From: Azolla caroliniana
Lineage: Eukaryota; Plantae; Polypodiophyta
Reading direction: 5' to 3'
NCBI GenBank assembly: GCA_043228905.1
Contig: JBHGNT010000018.1
Location: 1,550,001 to 1,614,000 of the forward strand
DNA: 64,000 bases
The position numbers were made by a program, and so were the translations under genes. Positions 12,101-24,939 of this stretch are shown here, one piece after another. How positions within the stretch are numbered: the first letter of the stretch is position 1; every line of letters begins with the position of its first letter. The notes under the pieces are model-generated. The model ran no database searches. It worked only from the letters and a program-made list of their open reading frames with translations, and was not told the origin of the DNA.

Positions 12101-15100
12101 ACATACCGCCCACTGCTCAACTCCCAATAAACTTCCCAAATACTCAGCAGATGGTTGTAGCAACTTGTGGTAATGCTCAGCTTTATCTGCCAGTACCAAC
12201 CTAGTACGATCCAATACTGCCTTAGCCCTGAGGGGCCACTGCTCACGGTTTCCTTTGCATGCCTCATGAACAGAACACCACTCCTGTATCAGGAATTCAT
12301 TATATTGTTTGAGCATCTTTTCAACATTACATTTTCGTGATATTGTAAGAAGAATCCCATCTCTTGCCTTTAAACAGTAAACAAGCTCTTCATTACTAGA
12401 GGATGAAAGACACAGATTCTCAAGCACAATGGTTATCATGTAAATTATATCCTGCACCAATCAAATAGTAATTAGAGAGTCAACAATACTTTTATACATA
12501 AATGCTTGGTGCCATAGGTTGCATACCCCTGCAGAAGCATTACTCAGCCCTTCCAGGGCCCGCTCAACAGTTGTTCTGACTGTTGAATCAAGTGCCAAAT
12601 CTAGAAAAATTATATCTCGTAATCGATTATGGGACTTCATGAGGGATGGGTGAAGCTCCCAGCGAGACTCAATTAGACCCTAGTAATCATAAGAATGATA
12701 AGAACACTTGCTTATTAACTATACACTAGCTTATTAATAACAATATGGAACAATGCTATCTTTGATTAAGTGGATGATTGACAGCTATATCTCAGGAAAG
12801 CTCACCTCCAAAAGAGGAATAATTTTCTTCACTTCCACATTATCCAACACAAACTCTAGAAGCATCTGGAATGTAGATCACACATCACTTATCACAATAA
12901 CAAGATATTTCTCTTTTCATTCTTACAGAATACCAGAAAGCTGAAGACGTACCGGTAAGCTAGAAGACAGTCCTGAAATTGGATGAATTTTAACACCTCC
13001 CATAAAACCCTCTCCCTGCACAAATACATATATAAACACACCATAGAAATGAAAAATATGCATGCATTACCCATGCGAATAGAAATACAAAAACAACAGT
13101 GACACCCTTTGATAGTTAGCACCGCGGATTCTTAACTTTATGAAACAGCCATACAGACGTTTTTCTTCTTTGAAATGGGACAGGAAGAAATTACAATTAT
13201 GGTTAGTGGAAGATCCGTTTTTTAATATATTGCAATGTGTTTCAAAACCAGAAAATTCCATAATTATAGAAAACGACGGATAAAGACAAACCTCTGCAGA
13301 ATAGCCCATGCAACTAGCGATTGCAGATTCAAGGTCTGCTCCAGAATGAACTGCCTGGAAGAACAATAGCAAACCAGAAAAGAGAATGAAATTTAGAAAA
13401 CTATGATTACTAAAGCAGGTACACAACTCTCAGAAATAAAGGAGCTAGACCACACTAACAATACTTAACAAACCTTGCATATCCTAAAAGGACAGAGAAC
13501 GATGGGAAAATGTTAATTTGAATGATAGCAGAACTGCCTATCAACGATTCTAATATCCATTTGTTTGACAACTTATAATAGCAAAACCGAAAAGTTTGAT
13601 TAGGAACTCAATCAGCTTTGTGCAAGTACAGCACCAATATTAGGTGCACAATTAGGTCAGGTTCAAAAGCACAATTGGGGCTTTGTGCAAGTACTCTAGG
13701 CTGATAATAAGTCAAAAATTACCTCCTCCAAAGAATGATATAAGTTTGATTAGGGACTCCATCAGCTAACCCACGATTGTAAGACTTAATTGCAATCAGA
13801 ACAGACCAATTATAGAAGTACAGCACCAATATTAGGTGCAAAATTAGGTCAGGTTCAACAGCACAATTAGGGCTTTGTGCAGGTACTCTAATCTGATACT
13901 AAGGTTATAGTCAAAAATCACCTCCTCCAAAGAATGATATAAGTTTCATTAGGGACTCCATCAGCTAACCCAGGATTTAAGACTTATTTGCAATCAGGAC
14001 AGACCAATTATAGAAGTACAGCACCAATATAAGGTGCTGTACATTACTACCTCTTCTTGTTATTCATAGATATCAATCTATGTCACATATCAGATTAACC
14101 AGCTACTACCAGTTACCTTGAGAACCATGCACCAGGCACAACACCATGATGGTTTCACTAAGCATTTTTACATGCCAATTAACACTTTTCTTCACATATA
14201 TTTGTTTATAGTATCCAGAAGGCTGCTTACTTAATGAGTTGGGAATAGGATTGGGTCTCATTGATTTCCAGCATGAAAAGGAGTAAAGCATCAGTGCCAT
14301 ATAATGGTATAAAATAGAATCAATTTTTTATCCTCCATGAGGCCAAATTTGACCTATGAGACCAAGTAAACATATCCTCTTCAATATGACTCCTTCCTAA
14401 GATGGGAGGTTACTACTCTGTAGTAAAAACACTCTATGTGAAAATAATGCACGGACACATGTGCTCACTCTTCTTGGTGAAGATTTGAATATGGCACTTC
14501 AGTTATCGTGCCCGTCTAACAAGTCATCATACTTCTCGTAAATTATCTTTTAATGTTGGGCATGCAAGAAAAGATAGTCATCCTCTAGATTTTAATTGCA
14601 TATCTTCATACTTGGTAGAACACTTACCTAGTAGTTGGAAAGATATAACAATGTATCAATATTCAAAAGGGGCGATCCCATGATATCTACCAATTATAAT
14701 ACTATCATGATTGGCCATTACTTGGTTAATTTATATGTCTTGATCCTAGAGTCAGAATTGAATGTATGGGCAGAGAGAAATATCTGTCATTCAGGTGAAC
14801 AGGCAGGTTATTGAGCCCGGTGAGCCCTTATTGGGGAGGGAACAGCCCATAAAATGAGAATCTATTGTTGCTTGGTAGATTTCAGGAAGCCTTCAACGTT
14901 GGACTACATGCTCAGTTCGAGTAGATATGCAATGGGGAACCAACACACTATGAATTGGTGTCATAAAGAGTGCACACTGGTTGTTGGAGGGACTACAAAG
15001 ACATCTCAATGCTTTAAAGTCATTTATGTTGGTCAACCTTGATGAAACTGAAGTGATAGTGTTTAACACCACTAAAGAATGGGTAACGAGATCAAAACTA

Positions 15101-18100
15101 GAATGCCTCTTGGGAGAAGAAAAGGTGGCATACATAAGATCCTGCACATATGTAGGAGTATCATTCACAAAGCCTTACTTCTCCCTACAGGAGGCTGCAT
15201 GTGTTCTATTTTCTTGTGGTTGTTTGATACACTTGTCACGCCAACTCTTGTTTATATAGTAGAAATTTGAGGACCAACCCTTCATAGAGCAAATAATTGG
15301 ACACATTTGGAGAGATCTTTAATCTCAATGATTGCCTGCACGAAAATGAGCAAAGAATCAGAGCCCCAAGATATAATCCTGAAAGACATTCAAGCAGCCC
15401 CATCAGTGAACACTATCCAACGGATTTGAGATAATTAAGATTGGCGGTCATCAAAAAAGCTTGCTGAACATCGAGATAATCATTGTTGGTATGCTGAAAT
15501 GCAAGAATTGTTCCAATTACATGGCATGAGTATAAATGCACTACCTCCACTCCAATATAGCTTGGATTCTCCACACCTAAACATGACTAAAGCGGAAAAG
15601 AATGGAGTGATTTCAACTAATATCATTAAATTGAATATTGAAAGAACATGGATCAGTCCCACAACATCTCCTGGTCGGAACATGGCCTACTATAAGGCAC
15701 TCATTTTATACACGTCACAAGATGGATTTATTATCAACCCTTCTTATATGGATATGCATTTATCTAATTCACTCCACAGTATGATAGCACAACTCAAGAC
15801 CTGTTCAAATCAGTTGGAAATTGAGATAGGCCGACATGCATACAAAACTACAGATGGGCGAAACTGCCAACTGTGCCAAGAGGTGAAATCAGAAGAACAG
15901 TATATCTGCCGTTATGCCTCTTTAAACAAGACTTTGGCCCACTATGCAAGGTAATGGAATATGATGGTCAATAGAACTGTTCTTGATGGAGTTCAAGAGA
16001 CATAGAGAGAAGTTGAAGGACAACAATACGACCACAACAGCCAACTGAGCACAATCATGACTTGCTTTAGCTCCATCACTCATGCTACAAGTCAATCAAG
16101 AGACACACAAGTGGTGTCTCAACCAGGACACTCGAAAGAGGTTGCAATGGATAAGGCAATACCAAAGTGTTGGCATGTAAGCACACCACCAGTACCACAG
16201 GCCGTCACCCTTGTCATCCACAAGTAAAAGCCAATATCATCCAGAAGTGACAGTGTTTCCCTCACTTCAGAGATCTGAAAAGACAAGTACATTTTGGAGT
16301 GGGACCTAGAGAATAGGCAAGTTTGCAGAATATTCTGAACACTTCCCTGAGAGTATTTGATACTACCAGTACATGAATGCTCTATTTGCAACAGTGTACA
16401 CAGAGATATCCATATGTTGATTTCTCCACTTTCAAGTTTAACACATAACATGGATGATATTTTCTCAGGGTTCTAACCATATTATTTTAAACTGATGTAC
16501 CAAACTGTGTTTGCCATACGGAAAACTATGATAGTGATGGGAGGATCTGAGAAATTTACCAGTATGGAGCATGCGATTGACCACAATTACATATAGGTGC
16601 CACCATAAATTAGAGACTTAGGCGCAGAAACCACACAATCCCAAAAAGAAAAAGAAAAAGAAAAAAGAAATACCTTCAGTGTCTTTAGATAAGCTGTCAA
16701 ATCTCTAATGAGGCCTTCCTTCTGATCTGGTCTAAAGCGAGGCTCTGACACAATGGGTCTGTCATAACTTTTAAGCCGTTCCTTTGTAACACCATTAGAA
16801 TTTAAGGTTTTCCAATAAACACTCATATCCAAATCACTCTTAACATAGTCAAGGAGAGCCTGAAAGGAAAATGGTAATAGATAAGCAACTATAGCTGAAA
16901 AATAGAATTGATATTACACATTCTGGAAACAAAGCATTGAAATGAAAACCTGACAAATCACAACATCGTCTGGGCTTGTATTATTGTGAAGCTTTTGGTG
17001 CCATTCTTCCATCATTCCTCCCTTGCAATCATTCTTACGCTGGAGTCAGAAACACAGACAATTATTGAAAATTTGATAAACATTATCACTGGTCCGTATC
17101 AGAGTATGTTGGCAGCAACCATGAAAATGGTTACCCATCAAAAGATTCATGAGAAAAGATGAATTTGAGAAGAGATTTTTGGAAGGAAGATGCCTACTTA
17201 AGAAGCAAAACAAGCTGAGAAAAAGTTACCTGTACTACAAGAATCTCATCTCTTATACGCTGGCCCACGTCACCTTCTCCTCCTCGACCAACTGTAGACA
17301 AAATAATCCTTACAAGCTCTTTCTCTGACGGTTGGTCTTGAAAAATACCTTCAAGTAAACTTGTAACACGATCTTGGGCAGCACTAATCTCTCTGCAATA
17401 TGGAAACAGAAAAACTTGTTCACTCACATCCAATCAGTTAGATTGGTCATATCATCTGTTTTCTCTCAACCACTAAATAAAATGCAAAAACACTCACCGA
17501 GGCTTAACATTATAATTTTTATTCCAAATAAGCTGACGAGTAGCCATAAACCTCATCCAGACAAGAATCCCTACTAGAGGTAGTTGTCCTCTACCCTTTG
17601 CATTATTGACCAGATTTGCGGCTATATTAAATCTGTGCAAAGGAGAGGGCATGAATAAGAATAGTTCTGTGCAGAGGAGAACCAACTCCAAAGCTCTTTC
17701 AACTATGAAAGCCCACCCCAGTAGTGAACCACCAGTATATTGACTACCCCATTAACCCAACACAAACCTGTGCATCAAAGACCTCTCTGCATCACTTTCA
17801 GAATTTGCTATTTCATCAAGCATCCATTTTGCAGTTCCTTCACCATTTCCTAGTTCCTGTGACACAATTAAATTTTGAAAACTATAAAGTAATTCCCATA
17901 TGTATATCATATTTTATCAAACAAGATTTGGGCACCTTTCTTGGCTTCTTTTCTGCCTCTACAGAAATGTAGAAGTCTGAACCATTATTTTTAATCCAAG
18001 ATTCGCCGGATCGCAGAACAAATGGGATGCCCATGATTCCACAGTCCTTAATCGTGATATCCAATGCCTGAAATCATCTGGTGAATAAGTTCCAACTGTA

Positions 18101-21100
18101 AAGGGGGGTAGACAAACTTGATGTGCGTATGAACTAGAAGAGTTTTGGTGAATTGCAACCTGAAAAGATGAGTCTCCAGCAAAACCATTCTCAAATACTG
18201 TCTCACAGGAACCTTCAAGTGCTGTAGAGTTGGGAGGAATTATAGAGGTTGGAGGGCACTGTTGCAAGAAACATTAACAACTTGGCCTTCAATTTATCCC
18301 CTCTTTGATGGCAACCACATCGATTTTCAAATATTACCTGCCACTCTCCCTTATTTAATTTTGAAACTCCCCAATGAAGAATGAGTGGCTCTCTTACATC
18401 TGATGCAAACCATATGCGCACAGTTTCTTCTTGTGTGGTTGCCAACACCTGACAGATCAGAAATAACAGCTCTCTTTCCCTCATTTTAAAGACCATTTGG
18501 CCTCTTAAAAGACGTTAATATAACCTTCTTTCTTTCACATTCTTATAGGCCATCTTAAGAATCATTCAGCCACATGCATTAAGATCATTACAATAGTTCT
18601 TTACGAAACATAGAGCATTAGTGTGGATAACATGAATTCACCCATATTTGTAATCATCATTTGTCTCATGGGTTAATTTTTTACTTTAGTAGACATTAAT
18701 GTTTCTTGCTTGCAGATATCCAGCTCCAAGAACCATGGACTAAATTGTGGTTATTTGATACAATTAGCACCAACTCTAGTTTACTGCGTAGAAATATGGG
18801 GATTCGCCTTCATCAGGCTCATAACTGGACAGATATAGAGAAATCTTTAGTCAAGATGATTGCTTGTATGATAAGGAACAAAGCACCAGTATAATCCAAG
18901 CGCAGATGAGAGCAGCGCCAAAACTGACTAAGGCATTATTCCAATCAGTGACTATTGTCCAACGGATTTGGGAGCTCCTTAAGAAAACATACTCAAGATT
19001 GGCATTCGGGTTATTAAAGCAGCTGGCTGAAAATGGAGAGAATCCTTGTTGGTATGCTGAAATGCAAATGGTTCCAGTCACATGGTAATGCACTACCACA
19101 TTGCAATATAGCTTATAAGGATACACGTCTATCTCATGCCCTTTGTAGTGTGATAGGGCAGCTCTGGACCTCTTCACATCAATTAGGAACTGAGATAAGT
19201 TGATATGAAAGCAAACCTACGGAATAACTGTGCTATTCGGGAGTGGAATACAAGTTGTCTGCCAATGTGGTGTTTTTTATGAAATTGGATATGCCAACTG
19301 TGCTATCGGGGGGTGGAATCAGAAGAACACTTTATCTGCCAATATGGTGTTTTTTATGAAATAAGAGGGAGAACCAAGACACTCGAATGGGGTAACAATT
19401 GATCAGGCAATAGAGTGTCGGGCACATAGGCAACAGCCATCTGGACACAGCTTCATCATCCTTGTCACTGGCAAATAAAGGTCATTATCACCTGGCACCA
19501 AAGGGATTTGCTAGTGCTGGGAAAATCCTTATAGTAGGGATCTTCAATACACACAAACTATAGTCATAAATGGGAAGTGAACAGAAAGAATTAGCTGACG
19601 CAAGATTACAAATTAGGTACGAATACAGGTCATGATTCAGGCAGTTATTGATAAGCCACCATTCAGAAACAACATGGATATCGATTGAAAAAGACCATAA
19701 TGGAAATTATTGGGTTCCAAAGAGCTCACAAAGCAAACGTACCAAACAAAAAATGAAAACCTACATCTGTAAGCACTTTTTGCTTATGCATTTTCCAATC
19801 CACGCATGCTCTTCACCAGTATATAATGACAGAATTCCATGAGTGCATGTGAATGTAATATTATCTGTTGCATGTAGTCGAGAAGAAAGTTTCAAAACAG
19901 ATTGTCAGAAAATATGAAAATTACCAATAAATTGCCTCTATCAAGCTTGAATAACATTTTTTGCAATATCTCCCCGTGATTAACTCCTTCAGCAGCCAGC
20001 TCAAGTGGTGTTGGTTCCTTTGAGGAAGACAAAGGAGCAAAATCCAGGCTTTCAGTTTCTTCATGGGAATCTATAAGCTCTCCAAAGTCACGTTTTTTCC
20101 TCTGTATAGTTTGAAGCTGTTTCTTTTTTGGCTTTGCAGTTTTCTTGCTTCTCTTTAAACTTTCCGGATCAACCTTTAACCTCTTGTACACATCCTTTAT
20201 GGATACCCCACTTAAGATCTCATTTTCCAAATCTTTACGTGCTGCTTCAAATTCTTTCTACAGACAACAATCAGCAGGGCTTATTTAACATTTCAAATTG
20301 GTATCCCTTTAATTGTCATAAGTGCCAGTGTAATGCAATAATGAGTCTAGTAAGAGGAATTACAAGTTGTTCTTCAGCAGTATAATTTGGCTTCCCAGCT
20401 TTTTCCCATCTTACAAAAGATTGCACCTGTATCAAATCATCTGGGATTTCTGATCCAGAAGTTGATGCATCAAGAGTGTCCTTGACACTTCCTTCAGTTT
20501 TAAGCAACCGAGCCTTCAACGCATCAAGGGAAATTCCATTTGCCACTTCCTCTTGTAATTCCCTCCTAGCTTTCTCATACTCCTCCTACAGGCAAATCAG
20601 CATGCAAACAGGTTTGATTTCTTAAAGTTTGTACAAACAACGAGAGTTGTATCTCAGTAAGTGACTCATAACACATGAAGCAAACCTTTTGTTGCTCTAT
20701 TGAGTAGTTTTGTTTCCCACTTCTCTCCCACCTCAAATATGATTGAACTTGCACAAGCTCCTCAGGTACAAGTACATTTGACAGATCAGTGGTTAGTTCA
20801 GGAAACAGCACCCTGAAATTTCCTCCTTGGAATTTAAGCCTGCAAAACCATGATTTACCTGTTACTGCATAGTGCAAACGAATTATTTATTATAATAGAA
20901 AAAAACTGTATTCTCACCATTGATTGTTCGAATCATCCTTCACTATGAATTCGATTGCATCAAACTTTATTTCGTGTACTTCAATCGTCAGGAATGCAGC
21001 ATCCCCAGACTATAGGGGACGATAATGTTATAACTCTGCCATTCTAAACCTCTTAAAGCCTCAGATTATAGATGGGAAACTGTTACCTTGCGAAAAGGAG

Positions 21101-22839
21101 TCTGTAAGGCTTCATTTTGAAATTCCCTTGTGCCATCTGGATATTTTGATGGAAGCTTCCATTTTCTGAAAGAATAGAAATAAGAGAAATTTTGCACATT
21201 CAATAATTGGCAGCCTCCACAGCCTAGAGAATATAATATCACTCGAGACAAGAACTGAGGAAGGAGAACCTGCTCCCAGGCTGTGTCAGACCCCAATGAA
21301 GTAACGGTGATTCGAGATAACAGTTACCAATCTGAAATTCAAGTATTGCTCTGGACCCCTCCCCTGCACCCATCACCTTTACCTATCAGAACAAACGTTT
21401 TCCATATATGAGGGGGATTTTCCAAGAAAACGAGAAAAATAAAATATAATAGATGATTCATCTCCAGACCTTCAACTGCAATCCTCCATCCAGAACATGT
21501 TCTTGAGAGTTCTGTATTACGAAAACAAGGTCAGCACTGAACAATTTTTGTCGAACTTAATCAGAAAAAGGGAGCCTAAAGGAAGTACATCTTCACGAAT
21601 TAACTATGTTTTATACTGTACGTTGTTGACACAAGGGTTTGACAATAACAGCCACACATACTTAAGAGATTTTTTTGAGCTATTTGTGAACCTCAACTGG
21701 TTTGGAGCTTTTGTTGTGATAAATTTCTCTTCTTCTTTTACATATCATTTTGGGTTATTTATTTCGTACAGTTGGTATAGAGTCAATTCATCCACAAACC
21801 TTACTACCAGCAAAACCCTAGAGATTGATTGTTGCTATTGGAATATTCTTTTTATTTGATTTATCAAATGGTTGTGACACTACTTTAATGCCTAGTTACA
21901 CAAGGACCGTTATATAAATTTCGTTGCTCTTTGCTGAGCACCTTAGAATATGTAAATTCCTTTTACTTGATGTATCAAATGGTAGTAACACTTCTTTCAT
22001 GCCTAATTGTTAAACTTGGAAAATTATGTAAATTCAACGCAATTAGAGGTATTTAAATCTTCCATATCCATTGCTACCATAGTTGGTTGATTATGGAGTT
22101 GGATGGGAACCTTAGCCAATCAACTGTCCTCATTTTGTGGAATTAGATGGGAGCCTATAGCAACCTAACCAACCCACATAGGGAGGCCAACAGCCAGCCA
22201 TCTAATCCAAGTTGGACTTCCCTGTCATTTACTTATCCAGCTTCATCCATCTAGGTTTCACCTATCTAGCTTCAGACATGTACAGATTCTCTGTTTTGTA
22301 TGTTCATTTGATCCCATTCATGAAGCTTCTTACCCTCCCAAAGGTAGCTCATAAATTTGCACTCTTTCCTCTGGGTTTATTACAAGGTCATTCTCTTTTA
22401 TTACAATGTTGAAGAAAGGCGTTCAATTCATCATATGGGATGCTAAGAACAGCTTCATTCCTTTTATGATCATTAACTTCTTGAAGCAAAAACATAAACA
22501 TTAGCATTTGACATCAAGATAGTGTAGGTCGCAGTTTTGTAAATGCAATGAGTTTATGATCACCTCGATTGGAGCTATAATAACTGCGCACGGATTACAG
22601 ATTGATCTGTCTTCATGAGATTGTGAGTTTTTTCCATTCTCGAAAACCATTGCAGAACCAAAGAAATCCTTTTCGAATTTATGGTTTATGCCTTGGTTAT
22701 ATAAATACACTCGTGAGTTTTTTGAATGGCAGCTGCGGCCATGGATTATATTTGCTGCTTGTGCCGTTCCCCTGCTAGCATCTGCAGGTGTGAAAATAGG
22801 TGCTGCATGCAGATTTGCGGAGAGTCCACTACACAACAT
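9132..22839 (-). CDS. GWD1: Alpha-glucan water dikinase 1 (GWD1/SEX1/R1-like), plastid-targeted, ~30 exons
   Basis: Transit-peptide-like first exon (ATG ~22839); CBM45 LHWG motifs; duplicated VQSYLRWE/VQSFVRWE segments; QRIRDEILVVQ; WHQKLHNNTSPDD; phosphohistidine motif TPDMPDVLSHVSVRARNGK (~11560); VGAKSRNI; C-terminal QDIEGVIKDGELYLVQTRPQM*. The splice sites I checked are GT/GC-AG and in phase. Confidence 0.95.
13600..14040. repeat. ~195-bp tandem repeat, ~2.2 copies, in a GWD intron
   Basis: agtacagcaccaatattaggtgca...gggactccatcagctaaccca...acagaccaattatagaagtacagcaccaatat restarts at ~13626, ~13817 and ~14016. Confidence 0.85.
14333..14585 (+). mobile_element. Dispersed repeat family A, diverged copy
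   Basis: gaggccaaatttgacctatgagaccaagtaaac...ctccttcctaagatggg aligns with the copies at ~63020 and ~7620. Confidence 0.6.
14620..16100 (+). mobile_element. Degenerate non-LTR retrotransposon (LINE): RT and C-terminal Cys/His region, antisense in a GWD intron
   Basis: Broken frames give FKRGDP..TNYNTIMIGH, EQAGY, CCLVDFRK, VNLDETEVIVFN, LWLFDTLVTPTLVY and QLKTCSNQLEIEIGRH...CQLCQEVKSEEQYIC; many stops and frameshifts. Confidence 0.85.
18700..19500 (+). mobile_element. 5'-truncated degenerate LINE, same family as 14620-16100, in a GWD intron
   Basis: KLWLFDTI..., HQAHNWTDIEKSLVKMIACM and ENPCWYAEMQ match the 15200-15500 region at DNA and protein level; tgccaactgtgc...gaatcagaagaacactttatctgcc matches the C-terminal motif. 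Confidence 0.8.
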
Positions 22840-23972
22840 CGTGTTGAAAGACGTAAATCTGCATAATGAACAAATTGATGTTAAAACCCAAAAATTTGAT
22901 ATAACTTTCAGATTGGACCTCAACATTCAAGAAAATTAGCTCTGTTTTTATTTCCATCATGAAACTCATAGTACTTCTCCTTCATCCAGATATTTTTCTT
23001 TGGTTATAATTATAGAGGAAAGCATTCTCCAATAGCAAGTAAAACTTAACTAGTGTAGCCTCTGCCCAAGATATTCAAATCTCTTACATGAGACAATAAC
23101 GAAAATATATACAACACTGAGAGATGCCTCTTATAACCAGTTCATATAAAACTATGGCATGCAACCGGTGGAAATCTTCATAACTTTGTACATGCACATC
23201 TTAAAACTTTGTATAAACCTCTTGAGTCACACAAGCAGTGGTCAAAATGCAAATGGAATCTATTTGTGATACCAATGTGAAACAATTCGATGGTAATAGG
23301 CTAGAACTGAGGCCTTAATCTCATAAAAAATTACCCCACCACCACTATTAGTAAGATTGGGGATTGTGCCCAACAAAATGTATGGTTATGCATCATAGTG
23401 TCGCCCCAGAAATTTCCTGGGCCCTCATGGAAACTCCTTTAAGCCATAATGATCTTAAATGAAGTTCTACCCAAAGACCAAGTACAAGTAGTGATAGTCA
23501 CATGACAATACAGGCCCTGCATCTCAACCAGCACAAGAATACGTGTACACTTTCTAAGTCTGAGTCTCCATAGAAATGGAAATCGCTCAATCCGCTCCCT
23601 AATTGGACAAGACTCTCGCACATTACGCCCACTACATTAAGAATACCATTGTTCTGAATGCACTTTCTGTTACAAAGGCATGCTTGCTTCCTTGGGCAAT
23701 GCCTTATGAGGCTAGCAAAGTTCTTTGGCCGAGAAATCAGCTCAGTTGGCTGGCATTTTGCAATCCTTTAAAGACAAAAAAACAACTTGGTGTTTGCATT
23801 TTATTGGGCACCTTACAGAGACATAATGCACATGTGTGGACCAAAGATATAACTGTGCAAATGAGATAATCACATGTTTTCCTTTATTGTGATTTGTTGT
23901 TCTCAAAGACTTAAGATGTAATCTCTTGTTTGGTCTTATAGGCTATTTTGGCCTCTTAAAAGAAGTTAATAT

Positions 23973-23973
23973 T

Positions 23974-24013
<40 letters not shown>

Positions 24014-24016
24014 TCC
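23973..24016. repeat. (TTTC)n microsatellite
   Basis: Run of ttct/tttc tetranucleotides. Confidence 0.9.
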
Positions 24017-24939
24017 TATGGTTTCTATTATGCTAAATGCAATCAACTAGCCAGCTATATACACTCGTTATATCACTGGTATGACAAGCATCAATCTCCT
24101 CACACATGTTATGCCTTGGAATCCTTTGTCTGATCCAGCTGGGTCATCACTACTAAGGCAGTTCTTATTTACATGTTGCCACATGTCAGCCAAATAGTTG
24201 GCCTGAAAGATAAGTATTTCATGTCCTGAAAATTGGTTTCAGAGTTAGTATCCTCTGGAACGTGGACTGGCAGGCATGATATTTGTTTTTCGGATATTCG
24301 TTAAAACTTGGTTTCTCATCTAGATGTATTCAAGCACAGTAAGCTTAAGGTCTAAGCTGATATTTATAAAAGAAACGTCCAGGTGGATGTTGAAGCTAAT
24401 AGATGATCATCTTAAATCTTGAGTTAGATCAACATACACATAGGCACATTAAATGGTCATGTTAGATCATGAAGTAGCATCAGCATAAACATAGACATAT
24501 CAACGTGAAGGTTAAAGACGCACATAGATATGAAGAGAACATGCAAAAGAAGAGTCTGATTATTTATAAATTATGTCGTAACATTGTACATGGACACAGG
24601 ATAGTTCACAAAAATTCGGGAACCTCAACCAGCTTATGTTACAAACGAGGGATACAACTTCCCTAACCTCAAGCATAGTCACAAATGTGCTTACAACCTA
24701 TTTGTAATCTGATTACAACTTAGCACATTCCAATCGTTTTCCATGGTAATGTGCTTCATATATGCACATGTGGTCTTTTAAACATATATTCCTTTTGTCT
24801 CACCACCTACCTATACTAGACTTGAAACCTTCCAAGCATCACCAAATCTGATAAGTATGACCAGCAAATAAAACAAAGCTCCACGTCCTCCTGCCTAAGC
24901 ATTTATCTTTAACCTAAAGCATAATATTATCCACACCGC

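Noticed and set aside
20363-20820. Internal duplication in GWD (VQSYLRWE / VQSFVRWE)
   Set aside because: This is a known conserved feature of GWD1 N-terminal regions, not novel.
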